Assembly (NCBI GenBank): GCA_047967505.1
Contig: CM106538.1
Strand: one strand, 5' to 3'
DNA: 64,000 bases
From: Dipteris shenzhenensis
Taxonomy: Eukaryota
The notes under the pieces were generated by a model, which worked only from the letters and a program-made list of their open reading frames with translations, searched no databases and was not told the DNA's origin. Shown here piece after piece: positions 1 through 10,715 of this stretch (position 1 is the stretch's first letter; every line of letters starts with the position of its first letter). A program made the position numbers and the translations under genes.

Positions 1-285
1 TTTGAACTAGAATATTTTACAATATACAGAAGAATCTTATATTAATTAAATTATAGGATAATTATCTTCATTCTATCTTTTAAATACTATTTTATTTATT
101 ATATACATCCAATAAAGATTTAAAGAATTTAAAACCAGATCGATTTAAATCTAAGGACAATACTCGAATTGCCAAATATATAATGATAAAAATAGAAAAT
201 AATGTGTAATGATAAAAATACAGTGTGCAATGTGTTTTGATATTTAAATGAAAATATCAATTAACAACACAATGCAATTAACAAG

Positions 286-1315
286 AGCCGAGGCTGAAGC
301 TTACTATGTATGATGGAGGTGAATTGGTGGATGTCACACTTTATAGTCAGGCTGTTGGATGCCTTATATACTTGTGCAATACACGGCCGGATATTCAGTA
401 TGCAGTATCTCAGGTGAGCAGATATATGCACAGCCCAAAGACAACACATTGGTAGGCTGTAAAATGCATCTTCAGATATTTGCAAGGCACAAAGTCTTTT
501 GGTTTGATGTTTCCTAGGGGGGTGACTTGCAGATGCATGGTTACAGTGATTCGGATTGGACTGGAGACTATGATACTAGGTAGTCCACTAGTGGTAATTG
601 TTTCCTTTTGGGCAAAGCTTGCATTTCTTGGCTGAGCAAGAAGCAATCTACAGTGGCTACTTCCTCATGTGAAGCTGAGTACAGGGCAGCTTTCACAGCG
701 ACAGTTGAGTATGTTTGGCTTCGATGTTTGTTCGTTGATCTTTGTCTCTTATTGGAGGGTCCTTCTCCAATTCTCACTGATAGTCAGAATGGTATAGTAG
801 TGGCAAAGAATCCTATGTTTCGTGCTCACACGAAGCACATTGAGGTTCATTATCATTATGTCAGAGAGAAGTTACATACAGGGGAGATCAGTATGATCTA
901 TGTGTCAACGCATGACAATGTTGCAGACATTTTCACCAAAGCACTTCCACGTGAGAAGTTTGAGGCATTTCGCAGTGCCCTAAACTTATCTCCTTTTGGT
1001 GATTGATCACTACCTTGTACACCACATTGGCACTGCAGGAGGGTGTTAGAATTATTATTATATTCTAGGCGGTGGCCAATGTAATGTAATAAGTGGGTTA
1101 GGGGCACTTTTCCCTCTTAGAGGTTTTTTCCCCTAACCACAATCTTATCTCTAACCGTAAACTATGGTTAGTGATTAGATAGGGTTTTGTCACTTAGACA
1201 AAGCCCTCATCTCTTTCATTGTACTTCACTTCATTTTCCGTACACTTTGGGAGTGACCTACGTTCGGCTCACTCTCTACTTGCTCACTCTTGCTCTTGCT
1301 TCCATTTTTCTCACA
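286..1315 (+). mobile_element. Ty1/copia LTR retrotransposon, 3' remnant (RT C-terminus, RNase H, PPT, 3' LTR)
   Basis: ORF 608-1006 has copia RNase H motifs (SKKQSTVATSSCEAEY, TKHIEVHYHYVRE, DNVADIFTKAL). Upstream degraded RT matches 33060-33390. A purine tract precedes TGTTAGAATT at 1044. Confidence 0.93.
1044..1315 (+). repeat. Copia LTR (family shared with 28235-28472 and 33825-34095)
   Basis: TG...CA termini; clear similarity to the two other LTR copies, including the ggttagggg...cccctaacc hairpin. Confidence 0.85.
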
Positions 1316-2680
1316 GGGATGTCCTAGAGTTACATAAACTTGCGTTGAGTGGGCTGAGAGATTCACAATTGCACATTGTTCTCCAAGGTTTAAATGCACT
1401 ATGATGATTCAAATCTGAATACAAGGAAATCCTATGCATGTGGACAAGCGGATGGTTGCTAGTGGTCATGGAACAATCAGTGGTTGTACGAGTCTTTTGG
1501 TGCATAGTATTCAAGGCTTGTTCGTGCGATCTTTGGAAATTTTTGAAAGTTTGAGGTGCGAGCTTTGAAAAAGAAATCTGAAATTTGAAAAAAGGGAGAA
1601 GGGGAGGTAAAACATTCACATGACATGTAAAGAAGCATAGGATCTTCTACGGATCCTCTTCAATACAAATCTTCAAGAGGTCGATCAACTCTCATCTGTT
1701 GTGAGAATCAAAGATGTATTCCTATTGCTGTAATTCTGTACTACTTCCCTCTGCCAAACGCCCTTCTTGGTTTAGCGAGGGTAGTACAGCCTATTTGGGA
1801 AGGCCTCCATAAGGGCGGCTCTATGGTCCATCAGCCCTAAGAATGGCCTGCAATAAAACCAGCATAGAATGCTAATTGAGTTTACTGGTGCAATAACATT
1901 TGTGATGCTGTCCATTGCTAGCCTTTGCTGTAGTGAAATAGCCATGGAGTGGTCTTAAAAAATTCTTTATTAAAGGGATGTACTAGAATAACTTAACTTG
2001 CTTTGAGTGGGCCTAGAGGTGCACAGATGTGCATTGTCCTCCTAGCAGCTGATCCACTATTTGTATGCCGATCCAATATTTGTATGAAGTTTGCTCTATC
2101 AGGCTTCTCTACTTTGAGACATAAACTTAAAGTCTTATTACAAATCAGTTAAAATGGAGGTTATGATATTTCTTACTAGAGTTGGTCTCTCAAAACTCTC
2201 ACTTTTCATTGTGACACTCTATCTTCCTTCGATGTTTTCCATATATGTTTCTTGCACGATGTCACCTTGATTTGTAAAACTGTGTTATGGGCCGCATCAG
2301 GTCAAATAGCAATGCCAAATTTGTGGTGGGTTAATCGTCACTCGTTTTGCTTGTTTGTTTATGAAGAATTTGGAAGATTGATAATTTCAATGCTATCTAA
2401 TAAAGAGTGAGTTACATCAAGCGTACATTATAGCGTGAATGTGGTTTGCAGAGATTGGGTTTGATCGGGATAGGTCTGCAGACTTTACGTCTCTTGGTGA
2501 GTCGCACGATCATTTGCAAATATATTTCAATGAGTATACAGAATATTGCTCTAGTATTTCTGTGTTCTGAATGTTTTGGAGTAGTGCAAGTGCTTGTGGG
2601 AAGAATGAGCTTTATTGGCATGTGTACTAAAGGATTTTTCAAGTTTTGAAAAGTTCATTTTGGGTTGATAACCTAGCTAT

Positions 2681-3340
2681 TGTAACGCCTTGCCATATCG
2701 CTAGCAAATACACAATGGACATTAACACTTGCTGATGAATGGGTAAGTACGTCAGCAAAGCCAATTCAAAATCAGGTTCCTCTTGCACTTCAATGGGTCA
2801 AAATGGACAAAGGGTGGTGTGCTTAACCATTGTGGAAGCATATGTGAGAGTCTAAGAGTACAAATCAATTAAAAATGATATATCGCAGAAAGAGACGGAA
2901 GAAAAATGTTCAAATTGATTCCAAATAGGCAGCTCTCGCAAGGTAGATGGCTGCGTAAAAATCACCTAACTCAAATGCACTCTAAGCTGCCATGCACTCA
3001 CTAACAACCTTCCTTGAATGCCATGGAGTTGGGGCATGAGGCCCCCTATTCATAGGCGGGAGGCCACACAAGGTCAGCCCCTATTGGATGCATGTTGGTG
3101 GCGGCCCTTTGGGCTTGAATTCCTCAGCCCATGAGGATCAGCCTATGGTGTGTTCTATTTTGGCTTTTTATTTACAGTTAGATGGGCTTGATGGGGACCC
3201 CCCTGCTGTAGTCATGGTTGTTAAGACACTCGTGTCTTATGATAAGACATTTAAGGCACTTAAGACACGTGTTTGACCTTAAGGCACCTTTAGACACTCT
3301 TTTTTTTATATAAAAAAGGTGTGGTGGGTAGGGTGTAACA
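2681..3340. repeat. Possible LTR (gypsy-like)
   Basis: Begins TGTAACGCC and ends GGGTGTAACA; lies next to a gag remnant. No TSD or second copy found. Confidence 0.35.
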
Positions 3341-3487
3341 ACAAACATTGAGTTTGACTTAACCATGCTATCGTTGATGGTGACTTTGGATCCAGCAGTG
3401 GGAGTGACCTCATTAGATGAATCTTGAGAGCTTTGACTCTTGAGAGTTGAAAGTTTCCTTTCAATTATATGTATTGAGATGTAGATT

Positions 3488-4290
3488 TCATTCATGTCTC
3501 ATGTGATTGAGAGCAAATAGAGAAGGCATTGTAGTGGGATCCTGCATGTGCATTAAGCGTGCCACAGTTGCTGCATGCATGATGTCTTGTATGCCCTTAT
3601 GCTGCTGGGTATTAACCACAGCCTGCATCTTTGGAGTGAGACCAGACCTGTACTTTCTTACCTGGGTCTTCGTAAAGACCTTCTTAAAGGGAGAAATATG
3701 CAAGTATGCATCCCAAAACTTCTGATTATAGGCCGGTATTGTGTCTCCTACATCCGTATGCAAACAGTCCTAGGCAATGAGAACATGGTCTCTAAATTGC
3801 TAAGGCATGAACTGCTTGTAGAAGGCTTTCTTGAAGCCCTTCCACTTCTTTGGAGTAGAACCAGTTGTGGTCTGTGCACTCCACCATGCACTAGCTGTGT
3901 AGAACCAGTTGTGGTCTGTGCACTCCACCATGCACTAGCTGTCCCTGCTACATGTAAACTAACCATGCATAGCTTGGAGGACTCAGAAAAATTCTCTGTG
4001 CCAAAAGTTGCATCAAACTGCTTGATCAATTGCATGGCCTTCTCTGTATGACCATACCTGCCATTTAATGTAGCAAACCTGACAGAATTCCCACCTTTGA
4101 ATTCCTTAGTTTTTGCTTTCATAGCTGCATGCTTTTCCTTAGATGACTTCTTCTTCTTAGCTTCGATGACCCAGAAGAAGAAGATGATGATGAAGATGCA
4201 GAGGTGGAACTCGAAGAAGAGGAAGAAGAACTTGAATCTTTTTGTTGTCCTCGTAACTAGGCTTTTTAGTCTTCCTCGATGCATCCTCTG
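3488..4290 (-). pseudogene. Ty3/gypsy-type gag remnant, frameshifted by a 44-bp tandem duplication
   Basis: Retrotransposon gag-like segments (IKQFDATF...SLHVAGTASAWW; KYRSGLTPKMQAVV...IMHAA) in ORFs 3748-4284 and 3488-3763. Confidence 0.6.
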
Positions 4291-5285
4291 AAGGAAGAAT
4301 AGGAGCTGTACTCAAAGAGCTTTTCTTGCAAACTCCTTTTGAGTTGCTCCAGAGGGAGCTTTCTCTGTCCTTTCCTCTACAAGAGATTCTACCAATTTGC
4401 AAAATAGAGGATCCCTTCGTGCCTCTACTACTTCAGCAAGCAATTCTCTATAAAGCTCTCTTTGTTAGATTGCACGCCCTCTTCATGCCTGACTTGGGCA
4501 GTATCTGCAACTCCCTCATGGGATGTAACCGTCGTCAGGTTTAGCTTAACCATAGGTCTGCCACCTCAGCAGCTTGGCTGGCTGCCACATCAGCATCTCT
4601 GCACAGTTGCCACATCACAAACTGCTACATCAGCACTGATTGCATGCTATGCCATGTGTTAGTGTCACGTCATCGCCTAGTTGGCGGTTGCGACATCAAC
4701 ACCCAGGTGGCATAAGCTTTTTTTTTGTCGGCTCAACAACGGGGATTCATGCCCAATAACGGAGAATTGCTGTGGATTCTTTGCATTTGCAACTTTCTGA
4801 TCATTTGCAGCGTCTCAAGGCTTCAGTTATCATGTGATGCATTTACCCTTGCCCAGTAGATACTGGCGTAGTCTAGATAGTGTCAAGGCTATTAATTGCA
4901 TCGCCCACTTCCTTTGCCCAGCCTTCAACTAGCCTCTCTGATTTGACAAGGCGGACTCACTCACAACCTCCGTTTAGAACCAAAAAGAGAGGCGGCACAT
5001 CCACAATTGAAGCATGATACCCTTTGACTAACACCCGCTTTGCTTCACGCCCATGCAATTTCTGAGAGTGTGCGGTCCGCCTTTTTATGCAAAGGGGTAC
5101 TAAAATCCTACCTTGCGTTATCTCTGTCAGTACACGCGTTTACCTCACAGGCCACTGGTAACTGTGCGCTACAGATGTCCATTAGCATTCGCTTCACCTC
5201 CACAAGCTGGCAGAAGCACTTTGCCGAGCACCCATACAATTCTGGATTGTCTTTGTCATAGAAGACATAAGAATCTTGCGCACAC

Positions 5286-7284
5286 TTTTTTTTTTTTGGT
5301 GAAATCTTTTATTTCTGTGTGGGAAACCTCAAAAAGAGGTGAAAACCCACCAATAAGTACAAAGAGAAAATTTACAAGTAAATCCTTAGAGAGAAAATCT
5401 CATGAGGCAACCAAGTAAAAATTTACATATCAGTTGGAGGAGACTCCAACAAAACATCATCCATTTTCAAACTATTGCCTTGTAAAAATTGATGCGATGG
5501 AGTGACAACGCCATTAATAAAACATAGTTGTTTTTTGCCCTTGTGATTCTTCTTAAGATAAGCGGGTAGCCGAAACTTTTGAACCACAGGATCAAAAACC
5601 TACTGCAACTAGGGATGAAAAGACTCCAAGGAACAAGGAACATTAGGATCCGAGACTGAGAGGCTTTGTAATGGGGCCGGCATATCAACAAGCTTCTCAG
5701 GGGAAGGAACATGAAACTCCACAGAAAAGGAAATATTTGCATCCGGAATAACAGTATCTGGAGCTGAAGGACACTGTAGATTTTCTTCCACTTCATGCAT
5801 AACAGCAGAATTTTGCAGCAGTGAAGAAGAATGTGACAGAACAACTTCAGACGTCGAAGTAGCAGCAAAAACCGGATCACAAAGGACCTGACAATCTGAC
5901 ACTGTAGGTAGTGGATCCGGAACAGATAAAACAGCAAAAGGATTCGAATCTTGAACCAGCTTAGCCTCCTGAAATTTCCTCCAGACCTTAGCAGGTTTGA
6001 AAAAATGCCAGACTTCCTGTGTACTGGAAAAAGAAATAGGAACCGTAGGAACCGGTACAGGAGGAGGAGAACTCTTCAGAACAGGAGCTGGCGAAGAAGA
6101 AGAAGGGCATGCTCTGGCAAAATGACCAAGTTGGTGACATTTATAGCAAGCATTGGAAAAGGAGGCAAAACGAAGAGGAATCCGGAGAGGATGAGAAAAT
6201 CCAAAATCCAGTTCCAGATATGAAGGTATGAGCTGCTCCATATCCCAAAGAACACATATCCGAATATCTTTGCTTGTGACCAGAAAGTCTTGTTTAGGAA
6301 CGAAAAGGACACGGCCCAGCAGACCTGCAAGAGAAGGAACTTACTGAAGAAGTGGAACTGGCAAATCCTTGAGAGTAATCCAAACAGGACAGTTGAGAGA
6401 TTGCGTAGCTTGGAGCAAGATGATCAGGCTGAAGGAGTACGAAGAGAGACCACTGGAGAAGAGACATTTGACAATGGAGTAACAAGCGGAGGTTGTACTC
6501 TTCTCCATTCCTGTCTGAACTTAGATTTCTGTGAAGAAATAGCAAGGGGAGACAGAACCGCCTCCTTAGGAGCTGGTTGAACCATAGAAGAAGGGCAGCT
6601 GCGAGCAAAATGACCCAGTTGCTTACACTTGTAACATGCATTGGGGAATGAAGCAAACTGCAATTTTATGCACAACGGATGAGTAAAGTCAAAATCAATA
6701 TCCAAACAAGCAGGGATAGATTGGGCCATATCCCATAGCACACAGATTCGAATATCTCTGCTCTTGACTACGAAATCTTGCTTGGGAAAAGGCAACACTC
6801 TTCCGAGAAGGGGGGCAATAGAGGAAAGATGAGGAATAAGAGGAAACGACAAAGCTTTGAGGGTAATCCAAACAGGACAGTAATGCAAAAGATTCTGTGT
6901 ACGATTAAATAGGGGATCCCAAGGCATAACATAGGCAAAAAAACCAGCAACAGGAACCCGTGCCATGCTAACCAGCTGATTGAACCAATCAACGTATGAA
7001 CAGGGGCAGCCACAGGAACTGAAGCAGGTGGGATTGACGGTGAAATATGTACGCGAGCAGGAAAAGGAGGGTCTAGAACAACAGCGGCAGAAAGTGATGA
7101 AGTAGGAGGAGAAAACGTGGCTTCAGGCGAAACTGATGCAATAGGAAAAGAAAACGGGGCTTCATGTGGGGTATCACATATAGGGTCAAGCTGGTGGTCA
7201 GGAGCTTCAGAACGGGAAGCAGCAAGAAATGGCGTAGGGGAAAACAGAAGGGTTGCAGGAAGCAGCTCCTCCATGATGGCAAAA
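5286..7284 (-). mobile_element. ORF1-only LINE-like element, copy A (zinc-knuckle module duplicated)
   Basis: Poly(A) tail (T-run 5286-5297); plant L1 ORF1 motifs (YVMPWDP, CPVWITLK.L, CYKCxxxGHxxxxC, present twice); ATG at 7274; no EN/RT between the ORF end (5423) and the tail. Confidence 0.8.
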
Positions 7285-7285
7285 C

Positions 7286-7334
<49 letters not shown>

Positions 7335-7484
7335 CGGCGCAGGGGAAAACGGAAGGGTTGCAGGAAGCAACTCCTCCGTGATGGCAAACCCCCCCCTCCC
7401 CCACACACATACACCCACACACCCACACCCACACACACACGCGCACACACCCACACACCCACCCACACCCACACCCACGCCGCC

Positions 7485-7515
<31 letters not shown>

Positions 7516-7520
7516 ACATA
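7285..7520. repeat. Poly-C/(CA)n microsatellite tracts enclosing a duplicated ~55-bp 5' stub of element A
   Basis: C-runs and CA repeats; AGGGGAAAAC.GAAGGGTTGCAGGAAGCA.CTCCTCC.TGATGGCAAA occurs at ~7236 and ~7341. Confidence 0.9.
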
Positions 7521-9533
7521 TTTTTTTTAATATAGTGAAATCTTATATTTCTGTGTGGGAAACCTCAAAATAGGTGAAAACCCACCAATAAGTACAAGGA
7601 AAAAATTTACAAGTAAAGCCTCAAAGCGAAAGTCATGAGGCAGCCAAGTAAAAAGTTACATATCAAGCTGGAGGAGGATCAAACACAGCATCCTCCAGCT
7701 TCAAATTATTGCTTTGTAAAAACTGATGCAGTGATGAAACCACACCATCAATAAAAACAAGCTGTCCTTTACCCTTGTGATTCTTCTTGATATAGGCTGG
7801 TACCCGAAATTTTTGAATCACAGGTCAAAAACCTGTTGTAACATGGGATGAAAAGATTCTAGTAAAAAAGGTACTTCTGCATCCCGAACAGAAGAAGACT
7901 CTGGCACAGGCATCAAAGGCAAAGGGGCTAAATCAACCTTTGTATCCTCCAACGAAAGAGCTGCATCTGATAAAGTAGAACTCAGCATTTCAGCTTCACT
8001 TTGAGGACCAACTTGAGAAAGAGCAGGGGCAGCATCCTGTATAATCCCCTCTGCAAGGGGCACATCCATATCCTGAGAGGAAGGAGGCTGAAGATGCTCA
8101 ACAGGAGTCGCATCCTGAACTTCTTCAGCAAGAGAAAGAGTGGCCTGTGATTTTTCTACCTTCCTCCAGTAATGCTTCGGAGCAGTAAAAGAAGGCTTAT
8201 CCAACAAAACCTTAGCAGAAACCGGAGGAGAAGGAAGAGTAAACTTCACAGCTGAAGAAGGAGCAGGAGGAGTGGTCATGGAAGTAGAAGGGTAGGCACG
8301 TGCAAAATGACCAACCTGACAACACCGATAATAGGATGTAGGAAAAGAATCAAAATGTAGCCTGATGCGCATTGGATCAGCAAAGCCCAAATCAAGATCC
8401 AGAGTAGATGGCACAGGTTGCATCATATCCCATAAGATACAGAGTCAAACATCACGGGTAGCCTGCAAAAACTCCGGTCTCGAAACATGGAGAGGCCTCC
8501 CCAGAAGCGCTGCAAGAGTTGGCAGAGGCTGAAGAAGAGGCACAGGCAGCGCTTTGAGGGTAATCCAAACCGGACAATGGTTAGAAGAGAGGCAGACGGA
8601 TCAAATAGGGGATCCTAGGGCATCACATAAGCAAAAAAACCCGCTCCAGGAACACCAGCACGACTGACAAGGCGCTCAACCACATCAGTCGAAGAGCAGT
8701 GGGCATAGTAAATTCCTTTGCCTAGAAAGACAAAGGAAGAGATACAATCCGGATCCACTGCAACATCAGTTCAATGACGAAGATGAGCTGAAGATAAAAC
8801 CCTGCCCATAAAATAGAGGCAGACTCCCAATTGCTGAGCGTGACGAAGACCGGAGACCAAAAGGGCAGAATCCAAGGAGCGAACAAGCGGGGAATATGAT
8901 AAAGGAGCTTCTGTGACAGAGGAAGAGCACAATTGGGGAAGAAGATCCAGCTGGGAGAGAAGGACCATCAGAAATATCTAGCTTTGCCGATTTGACTGAA
9001 GGCGAGGCAAACACACCACCATGCTTCTGCCGAAGAAAAGCATGAGTAGTAGGAGTAGAGGCAGAAAGAGGAGAGGCTGAGGCAGAAAAAACAAAGGAAA
9101 CAGGTGTTGAAGCAGCAGGAAGGGAGGAGGAAGATGACACCGAGGGCTGCAACACCGGAACAGAAGGCAAAAGAGGCGCAGGGACAGATGGAGGCTGTAT
9201 AGCCTGTACGGACGGCTATACAATAGGGTTTGCAGAAAGAAAAGGCAGAGAGGAAAGCTGCTGCAGGCTAGAGGCTGTAGGACTTAGTCCCGAGGGCTGT
9301 ACGGAGGATGTAGGAGAGGCAGCAACCTGTACGGACTGCGTGAGAAGAGTAGATGAAGGGTGAGACTGAACACAATAGGGCTGGGACTGTACAAACGGGC
9401 GCGAGAAGGGAGCAAGAAGCTGTACGGACAATACGGATGGGGCTGGGAGGTGAATAGAGGATGACGGAATAGAAACAGAGGGGGACGAAGGGTCGACCAG
9501 GGCTAAGGGGGCTCCAGAGCTCTCCATTGCTCA
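7521..9533 (-). mobile_element. ORF1-only LINE-like element, copy B
   Basis: T-run 7521-7528; 3' end highly similar to copy A; QQLGVCLYFMGR, CPVWITLK and degenerate zinc knuckle; ATG at 9527; several frameshifts. Confidence 0.8.
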
Positions 9534-9558
9534 CCCACCCACCCACACACACTCTCTC

Positions 9559-10692
9559 TGTGACGCTCCAATTTTGTATATGAAATATTTTGGAATATAT
9601 ATCATAGATAGTGTTCAAAAAGGATGGTTTTGATGTTTTGAAGGTTTTTGGAAAGTTTGGTGTTGGTCCAAAAATTTTGGTTTTTGTCCATTATGGTGTC
9701 GGCTGGATTTTGCGGCTTGATTAGAGAGATAATTTGAAGAAATTTTGTATGAGAGAGTTCTAGATCTTGTTGAGTAGAAAAACTTTGTCCTAGTGAAAAA
9801 TTTGTGGTTCACTCGTTTGCATGCTTGTATGGAGGGCAGAAGTTGCTAACAAAGTGGTTTTGAGCTAAAAGAGCATCTAGATTTCTGTGTCAAGAGTTGC
9901 AGGCATTAGACGGAGGTCGAGATGGAAGAATTAGCCATGAAAGGTGAAATGCAAAGGGAAAGAAGAGGGTCCGATCTTCGAGATGAGCTATTGAGCTTGT
10001 CCATTGGATCTACGAGGCAGGCGTGGTGATGCTCCGAACAAGGCCATTTTCATGCCTTAAATTTTTTTTTTTTTTAAAAAGAGAGACGTCGAAATTCCGT
10101 ACGCGTTTGCTATCATAAGCGCATGCTAACAGAAGGTGAAAAGCACACGCATGCTTTTCGAGAAAAGCTGTTTTTTGGCCGATTTTGAAGGTTTTTGGCG
10201 GCTTATTTTGGAGTCGTGAAAGGCTATAAAAGAAGAGGAGATCGTGAGAAGGAGAACATACAATCCAACGCACGCATATCGAGGCTGTACGAAAGAGAAT
10301 AGAAGGCATGTATCTCGAGGTTGCTCGAGCGAAGAGAAGGCACACATATCGAGGTGCTGCGAAAGTGACAATAGCGCACGCAAATCGAGGCAGTGCAAAG
10401 AAGAAGATACGATCAAGATATTTTGAGAGTGAGAGTGAGAGTGAGAGTGTGATTGAGATTTGATCGTTTGATCATCTGATTTGAACATCTTCATGCGAGT
10501 GAGAGTGAGAGTGAGAGTGAGATAGCTCGGGGGTGGACGGGTGGTATCGAGCTCCTTCACGGAGTGATTCTTCTCCGAAATTATTGTAAAGGCTCATCAG
10601 TTTGATTCATACTGCAATCTCTCTTCTTTTTCATTGGTGATTATTATCTTGCTACAATTTTGATCGTGATTGTGAAAGAACGGTGCCTGACA
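9559..10692 (+). repeat. 5' LTR of the gypsy element
   Basis: Direct repeat of 15535-16666 with scattered substitutions and small indels; contains (GAGTGA)n tracts. Confidence 0.97.
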
Positions 10693-10694
10693 AG

Positions 10695-10706
10695 TGGTAT
10701 CAGAGC
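10695..10706 (+). promoter_or_regulatory. Primer binding site (tRNA-iMet)
   Basis: TGGTATCAGAGC 2 nt after the 5' LTR. Confidence 0.95.
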
Positions 10707-10715
10707 ACGGTTTCG

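Noticed and set aside
6768-7535. Long Gly/Val/Cys or Pro/His/Thr-rich ORFs on both strands
   Set aside because: These are translations of poly-C and (CA)n tracts, not genes.
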